In this document: positions 49,912-61,420 of the stretch, piece after piece
How the letters are laid out: each line of letters opens with the position of its first letter
Position numbering within the stretch: position 1 is the first letter of the stretch
From: an uncultured Spirochaetota bacterium
Lineage (GTDB): Bacteria > Spirochaetota > Spirochaetia > SZUA-6 > Fen-1364
NCBI GenBank assembly: GCA_963734545.1
Contig: CAVTHO010000003.1
Span: 416,001-480,000 of the forward strand
Reading direction: 5' to 3'
Length of the DNA stretch: 64,000 bases
Translations under genes and position numbers: made by a program
The notes under the pieces: model-generated
Told to the model about the DNA's origin: nothing
The model's input: the letters and a program-made list of their open reading frames with translations, nothing else
The model's database searches: none

Positions 49912-50766
49912 TTACTGACTGCCAACCCCTTTTACCCGGCTGCGGATGGCATAAAGGCGATTGAAGCCGGTGATGAAGAGAGTCTGGAGGTCCTTCCCCC
50001 CAAAGCACACGTTTGTGGTCGAGGGTGGTGGGACTTTGATGTGCTCGATCCGCTTGCCTGTCTTGTCATAGACGTAGACGCCATACGTCGTTAAGTAGAC
50101 ATTTCCCTCGTCGTCGATCGTCATGCCATCCGAGGCCATTGAGCAGAATAGCCTTTTGTTGGTCAGCGTTCCGTCCGGCTTGATGTCGTAGGCATAGGTT
50201 CCGCTCCCGCCATAGCTTGCGACATAAAGGATCTTGCCGTCGGGCGTGCCGATGAGGCCATTCGGGTTTATGAGGTCGTCAATGACTCGCACCAGTTTCT
50301 GGCGATCGGGCGATAGGTAGTAAACTGCCTCCCGGTCCTGCTCGGCCCCCCCCCACGCGGTTCGTGACATTAATAAAGTCAGGGTCGGTGAAGTAGAGGC
50401 CGCCATCGGGCCGGACCCAGACGTCATTCGGGCCGTCCAGACGCTTACCCTGGAAGCACCAAAGCTCCCCTCGCTCTTCTGCGCAGGCCACAGGTTGCCT
50501 TGGAGTCAAGAGGCCGAGGGACTCCCCGCAGGGTGCAGAAAAGTGGAAAGCGTGCCGTCTACGCTCCACCGTGATACAGCCTTTCACGCGACGGTGAAGA
50601 AGACATTTCCTGAGGCGTCAGCGGTCGGGCCTTCCGTGAACCAGAATCCGCCAGCCACCTTCTCGAGTGTCGCACCCACAGCGAGGATACTGCGGTCGGA
50701 CGCCCAGCCAGTGATGCATCCCGCCATGACGACAACGGCAAACATGCTGAGCAGGACCTTTTTCAT
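49912..50766 (-). pseudogene. SMP-30/gluconolactonase family gene, disrupted
   Basis: FWFTEGP, GPNDVW...GGLYFTDP, PNGLIGTPDG, DGMTIDDEGNVY and TNVCFGG lie in different frames, with an in-frame stop and apparent multi-codon deletions. Confidence 0.7.
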
Positions 50767-50907
50767 AATGCCTCCAGATTGCACTTTCTGACGCGAGTCT
50801 ATCACGCCTCGCTCTGAACCGTCACGCGTGGCGCCCCGTCGTGAGACTTGGGATCCCTCGAGAGCGCGCCCATGGTATACTCCTCCTTCCGCAAGAGGAG
50901 GATGGGG

Positions 50908-51459
50908 ATGAGAATCATTATTCTGAGCTCGAGTCCCAACACCGACGGGCTCACCGCGGCCTGCGCCCGCGCCGCCATCGAGGGCGTACAAAGGGAAGGA
51001 GCTCATGCGTCGGAAATCCGGATCAATGACGCCGACATCGGCATGTGCAAGGCATGCGATAATGGTTGGGGGACATGCAGGGACGAGCATCGCTGCAAGG
51101 TTGAGGATGGGTTTCAGAAGGCGCACAAGGACATCGTTGAGTCCGACGCCCTCGTGCTCGTGACACCTGTCTATTGGGGAGAAATGAGCGAGTCCGCAAA
51201 GGCGCTGACCGACCGTCTGCGCCGTTGTGAGGCAACGGCCGGGGAAAAAAGCCGGCTGCAGGGGAAGCCTGTCATCGCAGTTGCCGCAGCGGGAGGCTCA
51301 GGCAACGGCGCCATCAGCTGCCTGACGAGCATGGAACGGCTGATCCAGCACGTCGGGGCGCAGCGGTTCGACATGATCTCCGTCAACCGATGGAATCGTG
51401 AGTACAAGCTCAGCACCATCGGGCAGTCCGCTGCCGCGATGGTTCGTGGAATGAGGTGA
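50908..51459 (+). CDS. Flavodoxin family / iron-sulfur flavoprotein (FMN reductase-like)
   Basis: SSPNTDGLT, CKACDNGWGTC...C, TPVYWG; SD GAGGAGG. Confidence 0.85.
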   Translation: MRIIILSSSPNTDGLTAACARAAIEGVQREGAHASEIRINDADIGMCKACDNGWGTCRDEHRCKVEDGFQKAHKDIVESDALVLVTPVYWGEMSESAKALTDRLRRCEATAGEKSRLQGKPVIAVAAAGGSGNGAISCLTSMERLIQHVGAQRFDMISVNRWNREYKLSTIGQSAAAMVRGMR

Positions 51460-51478
51460 GTTGTCTTGTTAAGGAAAA

Positions 51479-51553
51479 TCGGGCTGGGCGGATTTGAACC
51501 GCCGACCCCTTGCACCCCAAGCAAGTACGCTAAACCAACTGCGCTACAGCCCG
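51479..51553 (-). tRNA. tRNA-Pro (anticodon GGG); CCA not encoded
   Basis: CGGGCTG acceptor stem, D arm, anticodon arm CTTGC-TTGGGGT-GCAAG, T-loop GTTCAAATC. Confidence 0.95.
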
Positions 51554-51654
51554 ATTTTGTGTGTCGGAATCTATCACTCGTCGAGGGCCCGTGTCAAGGT
51601 GGCGATGTCTTCGGTGGACGGCGTAAATGCCGTTCAGGCAGACGATAACAGAGC

Positions 51655-51684
51655 AACATGCTCAAACGTACGTTTGAGCATGTT
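51655..51684. other. Perfect 30-bp palindrome AACATGCTCAAACGTACGTTTGAGCATGTT
   Basis: Read directly; located between the divergent tRNA-Pro and lnt genes. Confidence 0.9.
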
Positions 51685-51802
51685 CATGATTCATACACCG
51701 GCCAGACCTGGACGATTCTGGCCCTGCGGCCGGCGGCGCCCCGGGGCCGGCAAGGCCGCTGGGTCTTGAAAGTGCGCATGCTTGTCCACTACCTTGATCC
51801 TC

Positions 51803-53398
51803 ATGAGGATCGGGCTGAAAACGCGGCTTCTTCTCCTGGTGCTCCTGTCATCCGTGCTCTTCCCCCTGGCCCTTCCAAACGAGTTCTTCGGCGCGGCCAT
51901 CAGGCTGCTCGGTCTGCGGCCTGACGAGAGCTTCTACTGGGGCAACGCGATACTGGGCCTCATCTGCATCGCCCCTGTTTTCTATGCAGTCTCCCGCGCC
52001 CCCACGTTCGGATTCGCGTCCAAGCTCGGGCTGATTTTCGGAGCGATTTCCACAGGCCTTTCCAACTACTGGCTGATATTTTTCCAGGGCTACTCGGTGT
52101 GGACATTCGGCGCTCCGCTTGTCGGGTACACGGCCGTCAATGCCCTGGTATTTCCCTTCCTGCGCGGCTTTTCCCGCATGAGCGGCCGGTTCCGTCCGTT
52201 CGTGCTTGCCATCGCCTGGGCCGGTTACGAGTATTTCAAGTCAGTGGGATTCTCCGGCTACCCGTGGGGCCTTATCGCTTACCCCATGGGGAACGTCCTG
52301 CCGCTCATCCAGTTCGTGGACACGACAGGGATCTGGGGACTGTCTTTCCTCATGGCGCTCGTGAACGCTCTTATTGCGGAGTACGCGCTCGAGGGGAACC
52401 GGATCCAGTACTTCCGGCAGGCGGTGTTCGGGGCTTTTCTGGTCGCGTGCGTCCTCGTGTACGGCACGTATCGGCTGGCCCGGCCGATTCCCTACGCCTC
52501 CACCGCGTCACTTCTCCTCGTGCAGCAGAATACCGACCCGTGGGACGAGGGGAGCGCGAACAACGACAGTCTCAGGGTCAACGTCGACCTGACGCTGAAG
52601 GGCCTTCAAGGCTCGAACCCCGCACCGGATCTCGCCGTGTGGAGTGAAAGCTCCGTCACCAGCGTGTTCGTCGAGCACAACCAGTTCACACCTGCCAGGA
52701 ACGCGCTCGTCCCCGCCGTCCGGATGATGGGAGTGCCGGTGCTGTTCGGCGGGGTGGTGATACTGGATCGTCAGAAGCAGGAAGCGTGGAACGCATCGGT
52801 GCTCGTTTCCCCGGAGGGGGATATTCTCGACACCTACGGGAAAATTCACCCCGTCCCCATGGCGGAAAGCATTCCCTTCTACGAGTTCGAGCCTGTCCGG
52901 CGGTTCTTCAGAAACGTGGTCGGCATCTGGAACCCGTGGGTGAGCGGCACCCGGCATACGGTATTCAGAGTTCCCCTGCGCGCGGGCGGGCAGCTCGCGT
53001 TCGGGACCCCGATCTGCTTCGAGGATGCCTTTTCGGATCTCTGCAGGACCTACATCGTGAAGGGGGCGGACATGCTGGTCAACATCACGAATGATTCGTG
53101 GTCGAAGACCTGGTCCGCCGAGATCCAGCATTTTGCGGTGGCGCGCTTCAGGGCGGTGGAAAACCGCCGCGTGCTGGTGCGCTCCACCAATGGCGGGGTG
53201 TCGGCCGTGGTCGGGCCCTGGGGGGAGGTCCACAGCCGCATGCCGTTCTTTGAAAAGGCGTGGCGCACAGTCGACGTTCCGGTCTATCGCGAGGCGCGCT
53301 TCACACCGTACACGCGCTTTGGTGACTGGTTTCCCCGGCTGTCCATCGCTTTCCTCTTCGTCGTTCTCGTCGTCGCGCGCATCCCAAAAAAAGGGTAG
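51803..53398 (+). CDS. lnt: Apolipoprotein N-acyltransferase
   Basis: Multi-TM N-part, GYPWGL, and nitrilase triad motifs WSES, KIHPVPMAE, PICFED, NITNDSW, RFRAVEN. Confidence 0.93.
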   Translation: MRIGLKTRLLLLVLLSSVLFPLALPNEFFGAAIRLLGLRPDESFYWGNAILGLICIAPVFYAVSRAPTFGFASKLGLIFGAISTGLSNYWLIFFQGYSVWTFGAPLVGYTAVNALVFPFLRGFSRMSGRFRPFVLAIAWAGYEYFKSVGFSGYPWGLIAYPMGNVLPLIQFVDTTGIWGLSFLMALVNALIAEYALEGNRIQYFRQAVFGAFLVACVLVYGTYRLARPIPYASTASLLLVQQNTDPWDEGSANNDSLRVNVDLTLKGLQGSNPAPDLAVWSESSVTSVFVEHNQFTPARNALVPAVRMMGVPVLFGGVVILDRQKQEAWNASVLVSPEGDILDTYGKIHPVPMAESIPFYEFEPVRRFFRNVVGIWNPWVSGTRHTVFRVPLRAGGQLAFGTPICFEDAFSDLCRTYIVKGADMLVNITNDSWSKTWSAEIQHFAVARFRAVENRRVLVRSTNGGVSAVVGPWGEVHSRMPFFEKAWRTVDVPVYREARFTPYTRFGDWFPRLSIAFLFVVLVVARIPKKG

Positions 53399-53490
53399 TG
53401 TCCTTCGGATAAAAAAGGGCGGGTCCTTCGGACACCGCCAAAAAAAGGGCTGTCGTGTCGCAGCTTGCGCCGTAACAGGACAGCCTTTCA
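53387..53490 (-). terminator. Stacked intrinsic terminators downstream of the RRM gene
   Basis: Long GGCTGTC...GCAA...GACAGCC hairpin with T7, then GGCGG-TGTCC-GAAG-GAC-CCGCC with T6, then a third partial copy with T7. Confidence 0.7.
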
Positions 53491-53509
53491 GGCTCAGCGA
53501 GCTGGCGGC

Positions 53510-53788
53510 TCACTGGTCCTCGTACCCATCCCTTCGGGGCTCCTTTGGCTTGGCAAAGTTCACCTTCAGGTTGCGTCCGTCGAGAGCGGTCTCATTCAGG
53601 GCCTTGATGGCCGCCTCTGCTTCAGGCTGGCTTGCCATCTCGATGAATCCGAAGCCCTTGGACCTCCCTGTCTGTCGATCCTTGATGACCTTGCTCGTCT
53701 CGACATTCCCGAAAGGGGCGAACAATTGACGCAGGGAATCCTCGTCAATCCGGTAGGGAAGGTTCCCTACGTACAGATTCACAGCCAT
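53510..53788 (-). CDS. RRM (RNP-1) RNA-binding protein
   Basis: RNP2 LYVGNL and RNP1 KGFGFIEM. Confidence 0.95.
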   Translation of the reverse strand: MAVNLYVGNLPYRIDEDSLRQLFAPFGNVETSKVIKDRQTGRSKGFGFIEMASQPEAEAAIKALNETALDGRNLKVNFAKPKEPRRDGYEDQ

Positions 53789-54026
53789 AGACACTCCTTT
53801 TCCGAGAAATTGGGAACTCTGGGGAAACGTGAGCGGACGAGAAATCGGAAAGCAGAAACCCTAGTGACCAAAGCAGGACGATTTTAACATGTTTTTTTTT
53901 CAGGGCGCAAGCATTTTTTTCCGATTGAGATCACAGTTTTGCCGTAGCTCGAAAGCAAATCAGCAATTGATGGCTGAGAAATGCCGATGCGAGCCCTGAG
54001 CGGCCCGCATCGGCGTGGCATCGACC

Positions 54027-55230
<1,204 letters not shown>

Positions 55231-55250
55231 GTTTGCCGTTTTGCCTTCGC

Positions 55251-56474
55251 TCACTGCAGTGCCTCCTCTATGATGTCGATGCCTTTCTGGATTTCCTTCT
55301 TCGTGATGACGAGCGGCGGGGCGATCCGCAGCATGTTCGCACCCGACCGCAGGGCGAGCATGCCCTTCTGCCTGAAGCCGGGCCAGCAGGTCCTTCACCT
55401 CCCCGCCGGTGTATTCGAATCCCCGCAGGAGCCCGCGGCCGCGGATTGCTCCCACGCTTGCGTGGCGCGACTTCAGCTCTTCGAGGCCCTGGCACAGGAA
55501 TTCGCCGGCCTCCCTGACCCGGTCGAGGAAGCCCGGCTGGCTGACCGTCTCCCACACCTTGAGCGCCACCGCGGTGGTGACCGGGCCGCCGCCGAAGGTG
55601 GTGCCATGGTCGCTGTGGTGGATCAGCTCGTGGATCTTTTCCGGGATCAGGACCGCGGAGAGCGGCAGACCGCCTGCCAGGGGCTTGGCCAGCGTGATGA
55701 GGTCCGGCACCAGTCCCACGCCCTCAGACGCGTAGAACGTGCCCGTGCGGGCGATGCCGGTCTGCACCTCGTCGACGATCAGCATGGCGTTCGTCTTCCG
55801 GCAGAGCGTCGTTCAGCGCCTGGGCGAACTCCGGCGTCATGCAGGCGAGACCGCCTTCGCCCTGGATCACCTCAACGATCACCCCGGCAAACTCGTCCGT
55901 GAGGGTACGCGCGCAGCGCCGCCGCGTCGTTGTACGGTGCCACGACCACGCCGGGGAGGAGGGGCAGGTAGGGGTCCTGGTACTTCGGGGTGGGCGTGCA
56001 GGAAAGCGAGCCGAGCGTCCTGCCATGAAATGCACCGGAGAAGCAGAGGAGCTTCTCGTGACCCGGGCCCTTCGTGCGCAGCGCATAGCAGGCGCGCGTA
56101 CTTGAGCGCTGCCTCGTTGGCTTCGGTCCCGCTGTTTCCGAAGAAGACCGAGGAGAATTTCCAGGGGCCCTTCGCGAGCATGGCCCGGGCCAGCGCGAGC
56201 GCCGGCTCGGTGGTGAAGAGGTTGGAGATGTGGGTGAGCCTGCGCATCTGCCGGTAGGCGGCTCTGCGCAAGATCGGCGCGGCCGTAGCCCAGGGCGTTC
56301 ACCGCGATCCCGCCGGCAAAGTCCAGGTACTTCCTGCCCGCGATGTCCTCCAGCCACACCCCGTGACCGCTGCGCAGCACGAGGAGCTCGCTCGCCGTAC
56401 TGCGGCGGGAAGGGGAGATTCGCGTCCACCCCCTCGCGCTCCTGGCGCGGTTGATGAACCTTCTTCATTTCCAT
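55251..56474 (-). CDS. argD: Acetylornithine aminotransferase (several indels)
   Basis: [62 protein letters not shown]. Confidence 0.9.
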
Positions 56475-57245
56475 AGTCGCGTCCCCTGTTTTCCTTCCAG
56501 GAGCCGGCCGAGGGAACCGGCGCCTTCGTACTGCCCGATGATCACCTTGTGCACGCCCCCGTCCATTGCCTCCAGGGAAGCGGTGACCTTCGGTATCATG
56601 CCGCCCGTGATCACGCCCTTTGCGATAAGCGCCCTGGCCTCGTCAGCCGAGAGGGCCTGGATGACGCTGCCTTCCGAGAGGATGCCCGGGATGTCGGAAA
56701 GGAACACCAGTGCGGAGGCGCCCAGGCGCGCTGCCAGGCCGAAGGCCGCCGTGTCCGCGTTGATGTTGAGGCCCCTGCCTTCCGCGTCCATGGAGGTGAG
56801 AAGAGACCACGGGGAGGTAGCCGTTTGACAAGGAGAAGGATCAGGAGCCGTTCGTCCAGGTCGGTGATTTCTCCTGTGCGGGTGTGCGCGGAAGTCCGTG
56901 GAGCGCTCATGGCGCGGCCGGTGAAGATGCCGCCGTCCGATCCGCTGAGGCCGACGGCATTCAAGCCCCGGGTGCGCAGCAGCCGCACGAGCTGTTTGTT
57001 GATCTTGCCCGCGAGCACCATGTCCACGATGTCCATCTCCTCGGGCGAGGTCAGGCGCACGCCGTCGTGAAAGACCGCCTCGATGCCGAGCCTCCGGGAA
57101 ACCGCCGTCACCTCCGCTCCTCCGCCATGCACGAGAATGACCTGGTGCTCGCGGGACAGGGCGAAGCATCTCGTCGCACAGGGCGGCACAGGTCTGCCGT
57201 CCGCTCCGCGGCCCTGCCGCCGATCTTTACGAGGATCGTTCCCAC
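56465..57245 (-). CDS. argB: Acetylglutamate kinase (indels)
   Basis: VKIGG, LVHGGG, GVRLT, NINAD, LSDIPG, GGMIPK. Confidence 0.9.
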
Positions 57246-57246
57246 C

Positions 57247-58308
57247 TTACAGCTCCGCACCCAGGGGAAGCCCCGCGGTCTCGGGCAGGCCGAACCGGAT
57301 GTTCATGTTCTGCACGGCCTGGCCGGAGGCGCCCTTCACGAGGTTGTCGATGACGGAGAAGAGCATCAGGTGCTTTCCTTCCACCTTCCACCCGATGTCG
57401 CACCGGTTGGAGCCCCAGACCTCTCGGGTCTGCGGGATACTGCCGCCCGTCAGGCTGATGAACGGCCTGCCCCCGTAGTATTTCTGAAACACTTCCGCAA
57501 TGCTTCCCGGCCCGGAGTCCGGCGGCTCCCGGGAGAGCTCGACCACGGTGGTCACGGCCATTCCCCGGCGCAGCGGCGCCATGTGCGGCGTGAACAGGAG
57601 CGAGAGGGCTCCGTGCGCCGCCGTCAGCTCCTGGGCGATCTCCGGCGCAGTGCCGATGGCTCGTGCCGGCGTTGTACGCGTTCGCATTCTCCGAGCGCTC
57701 GCAGAAGAGGAGGTCTGCCTTCTCCTTGCGGCCCGCACCCGAGATCCCGGAGATTGCGTTCACGATCACGGTGCCCTTCAGCAGCCCTTCCCGCGCCAGC
57801 GGCAGGAGCGGAAGGAGGGTCGCGGTTGGATAGCAGCCGGGGATCGCGATGATGTCCGCCATCCGGATGGACTCCGTGTGCCATTCGGCAAGGCCGTAGA
57901 CCGCCTTGTCACGCAGGTCGGGATTCGGCATGGGCGCGCCATACGCGCTCTGGAACACCGCGGGGTCATGCAGGCGGAAATCCGCGGAAAGGTCTATGAC
58001 GACCGTCTTTCCAAAAAGGGGAGCGCACACCTCCGCGGACTTCAGGTGGGGAAGCGCTGAGAAAACCACGTCCAGCGCGCCGGACTCCGCGGCCCGCACC
58101 GCCTCAGCCATGCTCGCGAGCTTTCCACCTGAAGAGCTCATTCTGTCCTCGATGCCGGGGGGAAGTCCGGGGTCCGCAGTCCCGCACCTTCGTCCCCGGC
58201 TGGGAGGAGGAGACGGCCATGATGTCCTGCACCTGCGGGTGCTGCCCGAGGAGGCGGAGGAGGACCATGCCCGTGTATCCTGTTGCGCCCAGATACGGCT
58301 GTCTTCAA
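57247..58308 (-). CDS. argC: N-acetyl-gamma-glutamyl-phosphate reductase (indels)
   Basis: GATGYTG (after an indel), DLSADFRL, IPGCYPT, SGISGAGR, DNLVKGASGQAVQNMN. Confidence 0.92.
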
Positions 58309-58319
58309 TCCTTCTCCTT

Positions 58320-58932
58320 TCAGAAACCGGGGCCTTGCGGCCAAAACCGGGGCCCCGAGGGGCAGAACCGGGGCCCGGGGGGCAATTGCCGGGGCCGCTG
58401 GCCAGAACCCCGGGATGCGGGCGCTGACCGCCCGGGTGAGCCGGGCGGGTGCCACACCATTGCGGGCAACGACGAGCACCGTGTCGTCTCCCGCGATCGT
58501 GCCCAGGACCTCCCGGATGCGAAGGTTGTCCAGGGCGGAGGCCACGCTGCTCGCGTGGCCGGGAAGGGTCCGTATCAGACCCAGGCTCCCCGAGAACTCG
58601 ATGGACAGGAACCCGCGCATGAAGTCCTGCACGTAGGTGGCGTCGGAACCCGGCTTGACCTCGCCCTCCGAGAGGATGTAGGTATAGCCGCCGTCAGTGC
58701 TGGGCGCCTTGCCGATGCCCAGCCGCTTCAGGTCCCGGGAGAGGGTGGCCTGCGTCACCGCGAATCCTTCACGGCGCAGGAGCTCGGTGAGCCGCTCCTG
58801 GCTGTCCACGGGGGTCTCCGCCACGATCCGGCGGATGGCGGCCAGGCGCGGGTTCCGCGATCCGCCCCGGGGAACCCGCGGCCCTCCCCGGCTGCGGGCC
58901 CGGGCGGTCTTGATAGTATATTTATCCAACAT
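58320..58932 (-). CDS. argR: Arginine repressor (both ends approximate)
   Basis: SQERL...VTQATLSRDL DNA-binding domain; RTLPG, GTIAGDDT arginine-binding domain. Confidence 0.9.
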
Positions 58933-58970
58933 GACTGCATATATATACAGTCAGATTCCTTTCGTGTCAA
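58915..58970 (-). promoter_or_regulatory. arg operon promoter with tandem ARG boxes
   Basis: Minus strand TTGACA-17 bp-TATATA. ARG cores TGTATATATATGCA (58936-58949) and TGGATAAATATACT (58915-58928) are 7 bp apart, the canonical 18+3+18 spacing. Confidence 0.85.
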
Positions 58971-58998
58971 GCGGGCGCCGGCGGAAAGGTGGAGGGTC

Positions 58999-59569
58999 GT
59001 GAAAGTCTGCGTGTTCTGTTCTTCCAGTGACGCCGTGGACGGCGACATACCTCGCCGCGGCGGCGGAGATGGGGGCCCTGATCGGCGGCGGCGGGCACAC
59101 GCTGGTGTTCGGCGGGGGCAGGGTGGGGTTGATGGGCGCCACGGCGCGGGCGGTCCATGAAGCCGGCGGCCGCGTGATCGGCGTCATTCCGACATTCATG
59201 AACCGGCCCGGGGTGCCCTACCTCGAGTGCGACGAGCTCACCTTCACGAAGGACATGCGGGAGCGCAAGGCTCTCATGATGGAAATGTCGGATGCGTTCA
59301 TTGCCCTTCCCGGAGGGTTCGGGACCCTGGAGGAGATCTCCGAAGTCATCACGCAGAAGCAGTTCGGATTCCTCAAGGCGCCTCTCGTCGCGGTGAACAC
59401 GGAGGGCTTTTTCGATCATCTCGCCGCGTTCTTCGAGAAGTTCTACGCGCTGAGCTTCGCCAAGCCGGTCTTCCGCGACACCTGTCCGTTCGTGGCCACG
59501 CCGGCGGACGCCATGGCCTACATCAGGGGCTACACCCCGCCGACCGTGACCAGCAAGTGGTTCACATGA
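58999..59569 (+). CDS. LOG family (TIGR00730) phosphoribohydrolase (indel near 59045)
   Basis: VCVFCSSS, GGGRVGLMG, MRERK, ALPGGFGTLEE. Confidence 0.9.
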
Positions 59570-60353
59570 GCCCGCACTCCTCCAGGAGGCGCCTCATCTC
59601 CCGGGCGTTCTTTGCCGCGCTTCCCCTCCAGTGGTTGTTGAAGAAAAGAAGGAGGACCGGCACACGGGCGAGGATCTCCCTTATCCGATCCACCCACTCG
59701 CGGAGCTCCCCGACACTGTACAGGTAGTCGTAGCGGGACGCGTTGTCTCCCGTCCACCAGTTGGCCGCGTTCCGCCCGTGGAACCGGACGTATCCGAAGT
59801 CTCCCGTGATCTCGCTTGTCGGCCGGAGGAGACGGGGAAGATCAGGCTCGTCCACGCTCACCAGGCTGACACCCCTCTCACGAAGTCCCTCGTAGACCTG
59901 CTCCCTCAGCCAGTCACTCTTGCGGAACTCGACGGCGAGGGGCAGCCCCGCGAGCTTCTCGCAGAGAGCAGCCAGCCGCGCGCGGGACTCCGCCGAGTAG
60001 GAGAAGCTGTACGGAAACTGGAGAAGGACGGCGGCCAGCCGCCGGGAATCCACCAGGGGCTGTATCCCCGCGCGGAAGGCCGCGACGTCCCTGTCCCAGC
60101 TCTCCCCGATCTCGTGCGTCATGCTGCGGTGCGCCTTCAGCGCGAAGAGAAACCCGTCCGGTGTGGAGGCGACCATCCGTTCCAGCGTGCGCACGCTCGG
60201 CTGCGCGTAGTAGGAGAAGTTCAGCTCCACGGTCGGGAACTCACGGGAATAGAGGGAGAGGAACTCCTGCTTCGACGTGCCCGGCGGGTACACCGGGCCC
60301 ACCCAGTCCTCGTACGAGTAACCGCTCGTGCCGATCAGCACCCTCGGTGTCAT
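59562..60353 (-). CDS. DUF72 domain protein
   Basis: IGTSGYSYEDW, VELNFSYY, LLQFPYSF, YVRFHGRN, YDYLYS, FFNNH. Confidence 0.92.
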   Translation of the reverse strand: MTPRVLIGTSGYSYEDWVGPVYPPGTSKQEFLSLYSREFPTVELNFSYYAQPSVRTLERMVASTPDGFLFALKAHRSMTHEIGESWDRDVAAFRAGIQPLVDSRRLAAVLLQFPYSFSYSAESRARLAALCEKLAGLPLAVEFRKSDWLREQVYEGLRERGVSLVSVDEPDLPRLLRPTSEITGDFGYVRFHGRNAANWWTGDNASRYDYLYSVGELREWVDRIREILARVPVLLLFFNNHWRGSAAKNAREMRRLLEECGLM

Positions 60354-60367
60354 GGTTTCAGGGGCCC

Positions 60368-61330
60368 TTAGTACCCTGCATTCCTGTCCACCACGTTATC
60401 AAGGGGCTCTCCGCGCACCCACCTGCCGAGATTGGCGAGGAAGACGTCGAACGCTTCCTCCTCGTAGCCGGGGTGCACTCCTCCGTAGTGCGGCGTGATC
60501 ACGACGTTCGGCATGCTCCAGAGGGGATGGCTTTTCGGCAGCGGCTCGGGGTCCGTCACGTCAAGACCCGCCCCGCGGACATTCCCCGCGCGCAGGGCGT
60601 CGACGAGCGCCGCGGTGTCCACGGAAGTGCCTCTCCCCGCGTTCAGAAGGAACGCGCCCTGCATGGCGTCCAGCTCTTTCTTTGCCACGAACAGGCGCGT
60701 GTCCCAGGTGTCGGGAAGGAGGAGCATGATGACCCGGGACCGGGCGAACGCCTCACGCCGCTTCTCCGGCCCCACTACCTCGTCCGCCACGGGGCTCGCC
60801 CCCGGGTGCCGTTTGATGCCGATTACGCGCATGCCAAGGGTGCGTCCCATGGCGGCGCACTGTTCGCCTATGGTGCCCAGGCCGGCGATGCACAGTGTCC
60901 GGCCCGCCAGGGAAGAGAGGCCCTCGGTGAGCGGAGCGTTGTTCCAGACGCCCTTCTCCTGGGCGAGCACGGCGCGATGGAGATTGCGCGTCAGCATGAG
61001 CGTCATGCCCCAGAGGTGTTCGGCCACGCAATTCCCATGGATATGCACGTTCGTAATGAGGGCCGGGTGCGCCGCGATCTCCGCCATTTTCAGGAGGGAA
61101 TCCACTCCCGCGATGTCCGACTGCAGCCACTGAAGGTTGGTGGCGCCGGTCCAGAGCTCACGCGGAAGGCGTGGATAGCAGATCTCGATCCGGGCAAGGA
61201 GACCCGGGTCCTCGGCAAGTCGTGCTTTCTCGACGATCCGAGCGGCAGGAGCCACGGACCTGAGCCGTGTCGCCTGGTCCTCGGTAAGGGCCTGGGTGAG
61301 AAGGATGTAGGGACTGGTTGATCGCTGCAT
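60368..61330 (-). CDS. D-2-hydroxyacid dehydrogenase
   Basis: GLGTIG, NAGRG, GAGLDVTDPEPL, ITPH. Confidence 0.92.
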   Translation of the reverse strand: MQRSTSPYILLTQALTEDQATRLRSVAPAARIVEKARLAEDPGLLARIEICYPRLPRELWTGATNLQWLQSDIAGVDSLLKMAEIAAHPALITNVHIHGNCVAEHLWGMTLMLTRNLHRAVLAQEKGVWNNAPLTEGLSSLAGRTLCIAGLGTIGEQCAAMGRTLGMRVIGIKRHPGASPVADEVVGPEKRREAFARSRVIMLLLPDTWDTRLFVAKKELDAMQGAFLLNAGRGTSVDTAALVDALRAGNVRGAGLDVTDPEPLPKSHPLWSMPNVVITPHYGGVHPGYEEEAFDVFLANLGRWVRGEPLDNVVDRNAGY

Positions 61331-61420
61331 TGCTCAGAAGTGACCGCTGATTGAGACGAAAGTCAAGCCGGTTCGTCCGCCGCATTGACCTGCGCCGCAT
61401 ACGTCGGAATAATCACCGCA

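Noticed and set aside
58138-58932. Apparent in-frame ArgR-ArgC fusion
   Set aside because: argC has its own SD (AAGGAG) before TTG 58308, and a TGA lies at 58320-58322 in another frame. An indel in the G/C-run repeats explains the read-through.
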